64,000 nucleotides of DNA, taken from NCBI GenBank assembly GCA_963771175.1, contig CAVYSY010000024.1, forward strand, positions 160,001 to 224,000. Direction: 5' to 3'. Positions 20,843-30,575 of this stretch are shown here, piece by piece (the stretch's first letter is position 1; each line of letters opens with the position of its first letter). The notes beneath the pieces are model-generated. The model ran no database searches, had not been told where the DNA came from, and saw only the letters and a program-made list of their open reading frames with translations. The stretch is from an uncultured delta proteobacterium. GTDB taxonomy: Bacteria; Myxococcota; Myxococcia; Myxococcales; Myxococcaceae. Position numbers and translations under genes: made by a program.

Positions 20843-21955
20843 TCAGGCCCGCGAGCCCATCAGCGCGTCCACCTCGGACTGGATGGCGCGCAGGAAGGTG
20901 GCCCGGCTGAAGCGCTCGGCCTGGGCGCGGGCGTCCGCCGGATTGAAGGCGGGCTCCCACTGCTCGAAGCGGCGCACGGCCTCCACCAGCGCGGCTGGCG
21001 TCTGCTCGTCGAAGAAGAGGCCCGTGCGAGGGCTGACCGTCTCCAGCGCCCCACCCCGCCCGTAGGCGATGACGGGGCGACCGCTGGCCTGGGCCTCGAG
21101 CGGGACGATGCCGAAGTCCTCCTCGGGGGTGAAGATGAGGGCGCGCGCGTCGCGGTAGAGGCCGGCGAGCGCCTCGTTGGGCACGGGCCCGAGGAAGCGG
21201 ATGTGGGACGGCAGCGCCCCCGAGGTGAGCTTCGCCGCCTCCTGGCCGGTGCCCACCATCCACAGCGGCGCATCCAGGTGCCGGAAGGCCTCCAGCGCGA
21301 TGTCGAGCCGCTTGTACGGGGCGAAGGCACCCAGCCAGAGGTAGTAGCCGCCCTGGCCGAGCCCCTCCAGCGGGTGCTGGCAGAAGCGCTCCAGGGCGAT
21401 GGGCGGGTACACCACCGAGGCCTCGCGGCCCCAGAAGCGCTGCACCTTGCCGGCGATGTGCTGGCTGTTGACGAGGATGCGGTCCACCCCGGCGGTGCTC
21501 TCGCGGTCCCACTTCTGGAGCCAGGGCCGCACCGCGTGCGCCGCCGCGCGCACCGGCAGCGAGGCCCGCCCCGGCCCGAAGTAGTCGTCGAACAGGTCCC
21601 ACATGTACCGCATGGGCGCGTGCACGTACGCGAGGTGCTTCGCCCCGGGCGGCTTGCGGATGCCCTTGGCCACGCAGTGGCTGGAGGAGATGACGAGGTC
21701 ATACCCCTCCAGGCGCATGGACTCGATGACCTGGGGCAGCACCGGGAGGAAGTGCCGGTAGAGCTTGTGGATGCCGGGAATCCGCTGGAGGACGGAGGTG
21801 TGGATGGGCCGCGACTCGATGCGCGGGTGCACGGCGCCGGGGCGGTGCACGAGGGTGTAGATGTCAGCCCGCGGGAACAGCTCGCACATTGCCTCGAGCA
21901 CGTGCTCGCCGCCGCGCTGGGTGACGAGCCAGTCATGGACGAGGGCGACCTTCAC
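20843..21955 (-). CDS. Glycosyltransferase family 4
   Basis: KVALVHDWLVTQRGGE, EDFGIVPLEAQASGRPVIA. Confidence 0.9.
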   Translation of the reverse strand: MKVALVHDWLVTQRGGEHVLEAMCELFPRADIYTLVHRPGAVHPRIESRPIHTSVLQRIPGIHKLYRHFLPVLPQVIESMRLEGYDLVISSSHCVAKGIRKPPGAKHLAYVHAPMRYMWDLFDDYFGPGRASLPVRAAAHAVRPWLQKWDRESTAGVDRILVNSQHIAGKVQRFWGREASVVYPPIALERFCQHPLEGLGQGGYYLWLGAFAPYKRLDIALEAFRHLDAPLWMVGTGQEAAKLTSGALPSHIRFLGPVPNEALAGLYRDARALIFTPEEDFGIVPLEAQASGRPVIAYGRGGALETVSPRTGLFFDEQTPAALVEAVRRFEQWEPAFNPADARAQAERFSRATFLRAIQSEVDALMGSRA

Positions 21956-22046
21956 GGGCGGGCCTTGTACCACCGCTCGGTCCCGATGCCGACAACCAGG
22001 CAACCGAGCCCCCCATCCCGCCCGCGCGTGTGGTAGTGCCTCCCCC

Positions 22047-23131
22047 GTGGCGAGCGTCCTCATCGACCTGCGCATGGTCCGTGGCCGGCTGCACGGCATC
22101 GCGCGTTACGCGCTGGAGCTGGCGCGCCGGTTGCCCGCGCTGGCCCCCGACCTGGCGCTTCAGCGGCCTCACCGCGCCCGAGGGACTGCCCGACGGGCCT
22201 GGGCGCCCTCACCCCGCGCATCCCCCTGCACCGCTGCCCGGCGGGCTTCCTCTCGCCACTCGAGCAGCCGGCGCTCGCCGCCTCGCTGCGCCCGGCTGGG
22301 GCCGGACCTGTTCCACGCGACCTCCTTCTCGGTGCCGGCGCTGTGGCCCGGGACGGCTGGTGGCCACGCTCCACGACGCCAACCACCTGGCGCTGTCGGA
22401 GCAGTACGGCCCGGGCCGCCGCGCCTACTACCAGCTGATGGTCGGACCCCGGGCCGAGGACGGCCCAGGCGCTCATCACCGTCTCCGAGTTCTCCCGCGC
22501 GGAGCTGGCCGAGCACCTCGGCCTGTCGCCCTACAGCTTCCAGGTCATCCCCAACGGCGTGGACGCGCGCTACCAGCCCTCGACGGCCTCGGAGCTGAAG
22601 GCCTTCCGCGAGCGCCGCGGGCTGCCGCCGCGCTTCTTCGCTCGCGGTGGGCAACACCAAGGCCTTCAAGAACCTCGGGCTGCTGGCGGACATCGCCCCG
22701 TCCCTGCCCGAGCCCATCGCCCTGCTGGCCGGCAAGGGCGCGGCATGGGAGCTGGGCTTCCCGGAGTCCACCCTCGAGCTGGCCGATCTCCCCGAGGATG
22801 ACATGCCGCTGCTCTACGGGGCCGCGACCGCGCTGCTGATGCCCTCTCGCTACGAGGGCTTCGGCCTGCCCGCGCTGGAGGCCATGGCGTGCGGCCGCCA
22901 GCGGTGGTGGCGCGCACCACGTCCCTGCCGGAGGTGGTGGGCGATGCCGCACTGCTGCTCTCGCCCGACGATGCCAACGCGTGGCGGGAGACGGCGCTGA
23001 AGCTGCTGCGCGACGAGGCCCTGCGCCGGGAGCTCTCGGAGAAGGGCCGCGAGCGCGCCGCGCTCTTCACCTGGGACGACTGCGCCCGGCGCACCCTGGC
23101 CACCTATCGCCGGGCGCTCGAGTCTCGCTGA
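22047..23131 (+). CDS. Glycosyltransferase family 4; multiple frameshifts
   Basis: [59 protein letters not shown] across frames. Confidence 0.85.
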
Positions 23132-23141
23132 GCCACACGAT

Positions 23142-24251
23142 ATGCCGGAGCCGCTCAAGACCTTCTTCAGCCCGAGTGTGGTGGAGCGCATCGCCACCAT
23201 GCTTCGCGCCGCCCACCCGTCCTTCCCGGAGCAACGATTCCTGGCCGAAGCCAGCGACGGGCTCGAAGCGCATGAGCTCCTGGGCCGTGCCCGTCACATC
23301 ATGCAGGCCATGCACCGGGCCCTCCCCCAGGACTTCGAGCGCGCGGCCACCATCCTCCTGCGGTCGCTCGGGCCGGAGCACGAACGCGCGGAGCTCCAGG
23401 GCATGGGGGTGTTCCTCTACCTGCCTCACACCATGTACGTCGCGGAGCACGGGCTCGGCCATTTCGAGACGTCCATGAGCGCCCAGTACGAGCTCACCAA
23501 ACGCTTCACCGCCGAGTTCTCCATCCGCCCGTTCCTCGAGCGCCATCCACGCGAGACGCTGGAGCGCCTCCATCAGTGGGCTGGAGATCCGAATGTCCAC
23601 GTCCGACGGCTCGTCTCGGAGGGCACGAGGCCCCGGCTGCCCTGGGCCCCCCGGCTCCGCGCGTTCCAGGAGGATCCGCGCCCGGTGCTCACGCTGCTCG
23701 AGCTCCTCAAGGATGACCCGGAGCTCTATGTCCGGCGCTCCGTCGCCAACAACCTGAACGACATCGGCAAGGACCACCCGGACGTCCTGGTGGACACCTG
23801 CGCGCGCTGGAAGAAAGGCGCCTCGCCGGAGCGGCTGTCGATCATCCGCCATGCGCTCCGCTCGGCGGTGAAGCGCGGGGACTCACGCGCGCTCTCGGTG
23901 CTCGGGTTCAGCGGAGGCAGCGAGCTCGAGGTCACGGCCTCGTTCCAGCCGAAGCGGGTCCGGCTCGGCGAGAGCGTGGGGATCACCCTTTCCGTCACCA
24001 ACCGCGCCCAGACACGCCAGAAGGCCGTCATCGACTTCGCCGTGCACTTCATCAAGGCGAACGGCTCGGCCCGCCCGAAGGTCTTCAAGGGCGGGAAGGT
24101 CGAGCTCCCAACCGGCGCGTCGTGCACCTTCGAGAAGACGATTTCCTTCGCTCCGATGACGACGCGCAAGCACTACGCGGGGACGCACCGGGTCGAGGCG
24201 CTCGTCAATGGCCAGGCCACGGACCTGGGAAGCTTCACCGTTACCGACTGA
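23142..24251 (+). CDS. DNA alkylation repair glycosylase, AlkC-like HEAT-repeat protein with C-terminal Ig-like domain
   Basis: FTAEFSIRPFL, HVRRLVSEGTRPRLPW, YVRRSVANNLNDIGKDHP, TTRKHYAGTH. Confidence 0.85.
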   Translation: MPEPLKTFFSPSVVERIATMLRAAHPSFPEQRFLAEASDGLEAHELLGRARHIMQAMHRALPQDFERAATILLRSLGPEHERAELQGMGVFLYLPHTMYVAEHGLGHFETSMSAQYELTKRFTAEFSIRPFLERHPRETLERLHQWAGDPNVHVRRLVSEGTRPRLPWAPRLRAFQEDPRPVLTLLELLKDDPELYVRRSVANNLNDIGKDHPDVLVDTCARWKKGASPERLSIIRHALRSAVKRGDSRALSVLGFSGGSELEVTASFQPKRVRLGESVGITLSVTNRAQTRQKAVIDFAVHFIKANGSARPKVFKGGKVELPTGASCTFEKTISFAPMTTRKHYAGTHRVEALVNGQATDLGSFTVTD

Positions 24252-24283
24252 TTCAGTAACCAGCTCCCCGCCGAGGGCTCGTC

Positions 24284-25720
24284 CTACGCCGCCCCGCGGG
24301 GCGGCACCGCCGCGAAGTTGCCTGACTGCCGCGTCACTCGCGAACCGGCTGGCCGGCTGGGGAACTCGAGCCGCAGGCGAGCCCCGCCCTCGGGCCTGTT
24401 ATCCGCGGTGAGCACGCCGCCGAACTGCGCCACCAACTCGCGCGACAGGGGCAGGCCCAGTCCGGTGCCCTTGTCGGGGCTCTTGGTGGTGAAGAAGTTC
24501 TCGAAGAGCCGCGACATCACATGCGGGGCGAAGCCCGGTCCGTTGTCCTCGATCAGCAACACCACACGATCGCCCTCGGCCAGACCCCTCACCCATACCT
24601 CGCCCTGAAGCACCTGGTGCTCCTCCAGCGCGTCCCCCGCGTTGACGAGCAGGTTGAGCACCACCTGCGCCAGCTTGCGACGCACGGCGAAGACCTCGGG
24701 CAGCTCCTTGGGCACGTCCACGTTCAGCCCGGCCACGTGCTTCAGCCGGATCGACGCCAGCTTCACCGCGTCTCCCACCACGTCGGCCAGCGCGCACTCC
24801 GAGGGCTCCTCGGTGTCCATGCGCGAGAAGCCCTTCAGGTCCGCGGCGATCCGGTGGATGTGATCCACGCCCTCGCGCGTCTCCGCGATCACCTCGGCCA
24901 CCTCGGCCTTGTCCGAGGGGGTTTCCGCGAGCATCTCCCGCTGGAGGAAATCGAGGTTGGCGCGGATATAGGACAGCGGGTTGTTGATCTCATGCATCAC
25001 GCCCGCGGCGATCCGTCCGATGATGGCCAGCTTCTCGGACTGGGTCCGGCGGCGCTCACTGAGGGCCAGCGCCTCGAGGGCCTCGCGGCGAGTGCGCTCC
25101 AGACGGGCCTGGTGCTCCGCCGCCTGCATCTTGAAGAGCCAGGAGGAGCAGTAGAGCCCGAAGAAGGTACAGGACACCACCATCGTGCTCCACGTCAGGG
25201 ACTCGGAGATGGAGCGACCATCCGCATGCATGAGCATGAAGGCCCCGATGGCCCCCACCACCCCGCTCGTGATGATCTCGATGATGCCCCGCTGGTACAG
25301 CAGGGTGACGACGAGCTGCCAGCCCGGGAGGAAGGCCACGTAGGGACTGTTGACGCCTCCCGCGAAGATGGCGAGCGCCAGACCGGCGCCTCCCGAGAGC
25401 ACACCGTGGAAGGCCGCGAGCAGATGCGCCTGCCAGGCGGAAGACCGCTTGAGCATCCACGGGTAGACCGCCAGGAGCGCGGCCCAGACGACGCGGACCG
25501 CCAGCATGTCGAGCCGGAAGCCCCCCACGACGATGACATCCAGCGAGTACAAGCCCAGGACGACCACGGGGAACACCCGGGGAACCTGGGTGCGACCCAG
25601 TCTGTACACCTCCGCGGACTCACCCGGGTCTTGCTGCCCCGAGGGGCCCAGCCCGTCCTGCTCATCTCCAGTAGTCGAATGAAGCATCTGCATGACTCGC
25701 GAGAACGAGGGAAAGGGCAT
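24284..25720 (-). CDS. Membrane-bound sensor histidine kinase (start uncertain)
   Basis: N-terminal TM helices; HEINNPL H-box, NLLVNA, DNGPG, FFTTK, GTGLGL. Confidence 0.85.
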   Translation of the reverse strand: MPFPSFSRVMQMLHSTTGDEQDGLGPSGQQDPGESAEVYRLGRTQVPRVFPVVVLGLYSLDVIVVGGFRLDMLAVRVVWAALLAVYPWMLKRSSAWQAHLLAAFHGVLSGGAGLALAIFAGGVNSPYVAFLPGWQLVVTLLYQRGIIEIITSGVVGAIGAFMLMHADGRSISESLTWSTMVVSCTFFGLYCSSWLFKMQAAEHQARLERTRREALEALALSERRRTQSEKLAIIGRIAAGVMHEINNPLSYIRANLDFLQREMLAETPSDKAEVAEVIAETREGVDHIHRIAADLKGFSRMDTEEPSECALADVVGDAVKLASIRLKHVAGLNVDVPKELPEVFAVRRKLAQVVLNLLVNAGDALEEHQVLQGEVWVRGLAEGDRVVLLIEDNGPGFAPHVMSRLFENFFTTKSPDKGTGLGLPLSRELVAQFGGVLTADNRPEGGARLRLEFPSRPAGSRVTRQSGNFAAVPPRGAA

Positions 25721-25816
25721 CGGTCACACGGAAGAGGCTGCGGGTCTCGCCAGCCTAACATGCGAAGGAAGCGGAGCCGGAACCACTCCACCATTTCCGC
25801 TCCAGTGTTTCCGTGT

Positions 25817-26917
25817 CTAACCGGGAGTTCCGTTCTCTGTGCACTCCATGTCTGATCGGGTGGGATTGGGGGCGGAATCGGTCCGCTCCAGCTCGGTGGG
25901 ATTGAGGCGGAACCAGCGGGCGACGAGCAGGACTTCCTGGGCCTCGTGGGCGCGCAAGCCGACGGTCCTGGCCTCCGGCCGCTCGAAGACCTCGCCCACC
26001 TTCTCCCGCAGTGCGCGGTGCTCACTCGGAGTGCGTGGAGCGGCGAGCTCGGCGCGCACGCTGCCCCGGCGGACGATGTAGACGCGGTCGTCCCCGCCAT
26101 GGCCCGGGACGGTGTAGACGAAGGAGAGGCGCTCCACGGTCTGGCCGAGCTGGATGAGCTCGGTCTGCGCGCGCTCCAGCGTCGCCGCGCGGTCGCGCAG
26201 CTCGGCGGCGTACTCGAACTGGAGGCGCCGGGACGCAACGGTCATGCGCTCGCGCAGCAGGGCGAGCGGCACGTCCGAGATGCCATTCAAGAAGTCTCGG
26301 GCCTGGGCGATGCGCGCGAGGTACTCGGTGCGCGTGCAACCGCCGGCACACGGGGACAGGCAGCGGCCGACCTGACCGCGCATGCACCGCGGATCCGCTC
26401 GGAGGCGGAAGAGCTCGATCTGATCCGCGAGCCGCATGGGCGTGTCCGAGGGGCAGTCGCGCAGCTCCAGCAGATCACACACGGCCCGCACCGCCTCGGT
26501 GACGCCCTGCCGACCCCGGAGGGGACCGAAGTACTCGGCGCCATCGTTGATGACGTGGCCCACGACGAGCAGCCTGGGCACGGGCTCGCGGGTGAGCTTG
26601 ATGAAACACAACAGGCTGTCGCGCTTGTGCTCCACGTTGAAGAGGGGCCGCCAGCGCTTGATGAGCCGGAACTCCTGCAGCAGCGCGGCGAACTCGCTCG
26701 GGACGTACTCCCACTCCACGTCGTGGGCGTGCCCGATGATCTCCGCGGCCTTCTCTCCCCGCGGAGCCCGGAAGTAGGAGAGCAGCCGCGTGCGCACCCG
26801 TACCGACTTGCCCACGTAGAGCACCTCTCCCGAGGGACCGCGCATGCGGTAGACCCCGGGCCGGTTCTCGGCGCGGGCCCGGACCTCTGCGCGGAGTTGA
26901 TCGAGACGTGGGCTCAT
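25817..26917 (-). CDS. GIY-YIG excinuclease, UvrC N-terminal/Cho-like, with UvrB/C coiled coil
   Basis: PGVYRM..VLYVGKS..RLLSYF, LIKRWRPLFN, Cys cluster (C..C.SPC), FEYAAELRD; no UvrC C-terminal RNase H/HhH part. Confidence 0.85.
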   Translation of the reverse strand: MSPRLDQLRAEVRARAENRPGVYRMRGPSGEVLYVGKSVRVRTRLLSYFRAPRGEKAAEIIGHAHDVEWEYVPSEFAALLQEFRLIKRWRPLFNVEHKRDSLLCFIKLTREPVPRLLVVGHVINDGAEYFGPLRGRQGVTEAVRAVCDLLELRDCPSDTPMRLADQIELFRLRADPRCMRGQVGRCLSPCAGGCTRTEYLARIAQARDFLNGISDVPLALLRERMTVASRRLQFEYAAELRDRAATLERAQTELIQLGQTVERLSFVYTVPGHGGDDRVYIVRRGSVRAELAAPRTPSEHRALREKVGEVFERPEARTVGLRAHEAQEVLLVARWFRLNPTELERTDSAPNPTRSDMECTENGTPG

Positions 26918-27097
26918 GCGGCGGAAGCCCGGCGCGGAACACACCGGGACCGCCAAAGGTACAGCGGAGCTACGGGTAATTCGGACAACCGACGGAGCGT
27001 GCGCCTCTGGTCTGGCCCTGGAGGGAGCGGCGGGACGAGCGGTTGAACCCCCTCACCCGCTCAGTTCCGACCCCATCCAGGCCCGGGGCTCACGTCC

Positions 27098-28654
27098 TCA
27101 CTGGTCGTCACACGGGGTGCCCAGACGGTCACCCGTGTACACCCCCAGCTCGTTGTAGATGAGCGGGAGGTTCTCGGCGACGGGCACCGCGCGCAGCTCG
27201 ATCTTCTTCTTGTTGTTCTCGATCCACGTCGAGGGCGCCTCCTTGTCCAGCACCAGCCGGAGCTCGCCCTTCTCCGTCGAGAAGATCTCCCCCTCCGAGT
27301 CAGCGACGATGTCCGTCATCTTCTGCTGCTGGAGCTGGCCCTTGGGGCCGATGGACACCCGGAAGTTCCGCTCCTCGGACGGCTGGAAACCCCGCTCCAC
27401 CAGGTAGTAGCGGCCGAGCTGATCGCGAAGCAGCGCATGGGGCACGTACTTCTGCGGGTTCGGCTCGAAGGTGGCCTTGCGCACCAGCTCCTGCGCCTGC
27501 TCGGACTCGACCAACGTGAACGGGATGGTCCGCTCGCCGCACCGCACCGCACAGGTCTTCTTCTCGTCGTCCAGCTCCACCTCCGAGTACACGCGCATGT
27601 CGAGCCCGCGGAACGAGGAGTTCATCGTCTTGTTGAAGAAGCGAGGCTCGAGGAAGTGGTAGCCGCTGAGCACCCAGGGTGGAGGGGCCACCTGGACGAA
27701 GCGCTTGCCGTCTCCGTAGGCGAGCTGCACGCTCTGCCGCTCATGGGGCATCGCCGCCACGTAGTGCCCCTTGCCATCCGTGCACATGCGGACCTTCTCC
27801 AGGCGCAGCCGCTCGGCCAGCTTCTCTCCCTTGCCACGCGCGGACTCGAGGTTCTCCTCGAGGTACTTCGTGGCGAACTCCTCCTGGTTCGCCGCGTCCT
27901 TGGCGGTCGTCCAGGAGACGCGGCCCGCCTGTACCTCCAGCTTCAGGGCGTCGCCGAAGCGGCAGGTGAACTCCCTGGCCTGGGCCTGAATGGCCTTCTT
28001 CCCCTCGGCGGAGGCGCACAGCTTGCTCAGCGACTCCAGCGGGGACCCACAGTAGGAGGGAATGCTGTACGTCTTGAGCAGCTCGTCCGAGATGCTGCTC
28101 CAGTCGATCGTCGCCTTCACCGAGGTGCCGCACGCCGCGTTCAGGGACTTCACCGACTCGGCGAGCGTCTGCTCGGCTCCGGCCATCTCGCCCTTCCGGT
28201 CGAAGGCCATCAGCCGCGTGAGCGTGCCATCCGCCTGCTGCTTCTGGTGCAGCGCGTACACCTCCTCGGCCTTCAAGGTGTTGGTGCGCGCTTCGTCGAA
28301 GGAGACGGTGATGCCGTCCCGTCGGTTGGGCACGTAGAGGGTGTACCTCCTGCGGCCCCCGCTCGAGCGCACCACGAGGGTGGAGTAGCCGCGCCCCTGC
28401 CGCTGCGTGGTGTAGCGCACGTCGTCGCCCGACTCATGCACCTCGTAGGGAAGCACCTTGCCGTCGAGCTCGCTGTCCGTCCCCTGCACGTGGAGGAGGG
28501 CCTTCTTGCTCTCCACGGGGCTGAGCGGAACGACCGCTACCCGCTCCCCCTCCGGACCGGAGAACACCTTGCCTGCTTCCACGGGCGCCGCCGCGCGGGC
28601 GGGTGCTCCACCCAACGCAGCGACCACGATGACCGTCGCCAGAATGCCTCTCAC
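27098..28654 (-). CDS. Secreted hypothetical protein
   Basis: GGAGG RBS, GTG start, signal peptide VRGILATVIVVAALGGAPARA; about 518 aa with several Cys. Confidence 0.7.
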   Translation of the reverse strand: MRGILATVIVVAALGGAPARAAAPVEAGKVFSGPEGERVAVVPLSPVESKKALLHVQGTDSELDGKVLPYEVHESGDDVRYTTQRQGRGYSTLVVRSSGGRRRYTLYVPNRRDGITVSFDEARTNTLKAEEVYALHQKQQADGTLTRLMAFDRKGEMAGAEQTLAESVKSLNAACGTSVKATIDWSSISDELLKTYSIPSYCGSPLESLSKLCASAEGKKAIQAQAREFTCRFGDALKLEVQAGRVSWTTAKDAANQEEFATKYLEENLESARGKGEKLAERLRLEKVRMCTDGKGHYVAAMPHERQSVQLAYGDGKRFVQVAPPPWVLSGYHFLEPRFFNKTMNSSFRGLDMRVYSEVELDDEKKTCAVRCGERTIPFTLVESEQAQELVRKATFEPNPQKYVPHALLRDQLGRYYLVERGFQPSEERNFRVSIGPKGQLQQQKMTDIVADSEGEIFSTEKGELRLVLDKEAPSTWIENNKKKIELRAVPVAENLPLIYNELGVYTGDRLGTPCDDQ

Positions 28655-28704
28655 GTCTGCCTCCTGTGGGCGCGCCAGGGCCCGAGCCGGGCTGGCGCGA
28701 GCGT

Positions 28705-30510
28705 TCACAAATCCATGCCGTACTTCTTGCAGTACTGACTCACCCGGCGCCGCTCCGCGGAGGGCAGGAGCCTCCACTGCGCCTTGGCGTTGGAGAGATC
28801 GAGTCGCCGACAATAAGCGCGAGCGAGCAGGAAGACCGCCGCCTGGGTCTTCTGCTCGCGCTGGCTCCGGAGGGCGAGACGGATCGCATCCTCGAACTGG
28901 CCGGCGTCCAATGCGCGCTCCGCCTCGTTCAGGACCGCCTGCACCGCCTCCGGAATGACCTCGCGCTTGCCCTGACTCGCCAACTTGGGCGTGGGCTTGC
29001 TCTCGACGACAGCGGGGACGACCGGTGTTGCGGGGGTGGCAACGGGCACCTGCGGCACGGTCTCGGGAGCGGCCGGGGGCGTGGGTGGAGCCTTCGCCTC
29101 GGGAGGGGGCTCGGGCGTGGGCGGGGCCTTCGGGGCGAGAGCGGGCACCACCACGCTCTCCGGCGCGTTGCTCGCGGGACACGGGTGCGGAGCGAGAACC
29201 GAACCACGCATTCACGACGGCCACGCCGAGGAGCACCACCATCGCGCCGAGCGCTATGGGGATGATCGGCTTCGCACGGGCCGGTCGAAGCTCCGGGGCC
29301 ACGGACGGAGACGCCACGACCTGGGGAGGAGAGGTGGGAGCGGGACTCGCGGGTGGCGGCTCCGCCACCGGGGCCGGCATGCGCGCCGTGGACGAGGGCA
29401 CGAGCGTCGCGGCGAATCCAACGTCATCCGTCGCGGGAGCCGGGAAGCGCGCGGTGGACGAGGGCATGTGCGTCGCGGCGAGTCCGACGGCCTCGCTCCA
29501 GCGACCGGCGCGGGAGCCGGGAAGCGCGCGGTGGACGAGGGCACGTGCGTCGCGGCGAATCCGCCCTCCTCCGCGGAGGACGGTGCGACCCGGGAGAAGG
29601 ACGGGGCCGGAGCCGTTCCGGGGAGGCTCTGGAGGGGGCTGCCGGTCAGCTCGGCGATGAAGGACGCGACATCCGGATAGCGGTCCCGCGGGCTCTTCGC
29701 GAGCGCCCGCTCCACCACCGAGAGGACCTGCTCGGGGAGGTCCGGACAGCGCGTCGCCAGGGGCTCGGGCTGCGTGTGGACGATGCGGAAGATGATCTGC
29801 ACGATGCTCCCGCCCTCGCCCGCGAACGGCGGAGTCCCGGACAGCATCTCGTAGACGATGCACCCGAGGGCGAAGAGGTCCGTCCGGGCATCCACCTCGC
29901 TGTTCTTCCCCAGTGCCTGCTCGGGCGCCATGTACTGCGGCGTGCCGATCAGTACCGCGTCCTGGGTCTGCAGCGTCTGCGAGTCGAGCATCTTCGAGAT
30001 GCCGAAATCGAGCAGCTTCACCCGCTCGCCCACCACGCCCCCGGAGTCGGTGGGCACGAGGAACACGTTGGCGGGCTTGAGGTCGCGGTGGACCACTCCG
30101 GCACGGTGCGCCGCCTGGAGGGCCGAGCCGATCTGCCGGGTGATGGCGAGCACCTCGGTGAGCGGGAGTCGTCCGCGCAGCAGCCGCTGTTCGAGGCTCT
30201 CGCCGCGCAGGTACTCCATCACCAGGAAGGGCGTGCCGTCCTGGAGGGTGTCGAAGTCGAGCACCTCGACGATGTTCGGGTGGCCGAGCTGGGTGGCGAT
30301 CTCCGCCTCGCGGCGGAAGCGCGCATACAGCTCCGGGTTGAGGCTCGCGCTGTTCTGGAGGACCTTGACGGCCACCTGTCGCCCGGGGAGCCGGCGGTGA
30401 CGGGCCAGGAAGACCTCGCCCATCCCCCCCTTTCCGAGCAGAGAGGTGATCTCGTACGTCTCCTGCAGGACCGCGCCCACGCGAATTTCACTGGCAGCCG
30501 GTTGGGTCAT
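28705..30510 (-). CDS. Hanks-type Ser/Thr protein kinase with TM helix and C-terminal helical domain; frameshifts near 29500 and 29200
   Basis: LGKGGMGEV, VAVK, HRDLKPAN, DFG, GTPQYMAPE; TM 'IIPIALGAMVVLLGVAVV'. Confidence 0.85.
29371..29565 (-). repeat. Three imperfect tandem repeats in the kinase juxtamembrane region
   Basis: GFAATHVPSSTARFPAP / GLAATHMPSSTARFPAP / GFAATLVPSSTARMPAP. Confidence 0.75.
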
Positions 30511-30575
30511 GGGGGGCATCGGGCCGAGCTGGGGCCCGGGTCATGACTTAGCCCGCTTCGACCCCACTTCGCCAG

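Noticed and set aside
23142..30519. Prophage or mobile element as the source of the inserted block
   Set aside because: No integrase, transposase, tRNA target or flanking direct repeats seen; composition is similar to the flanks.
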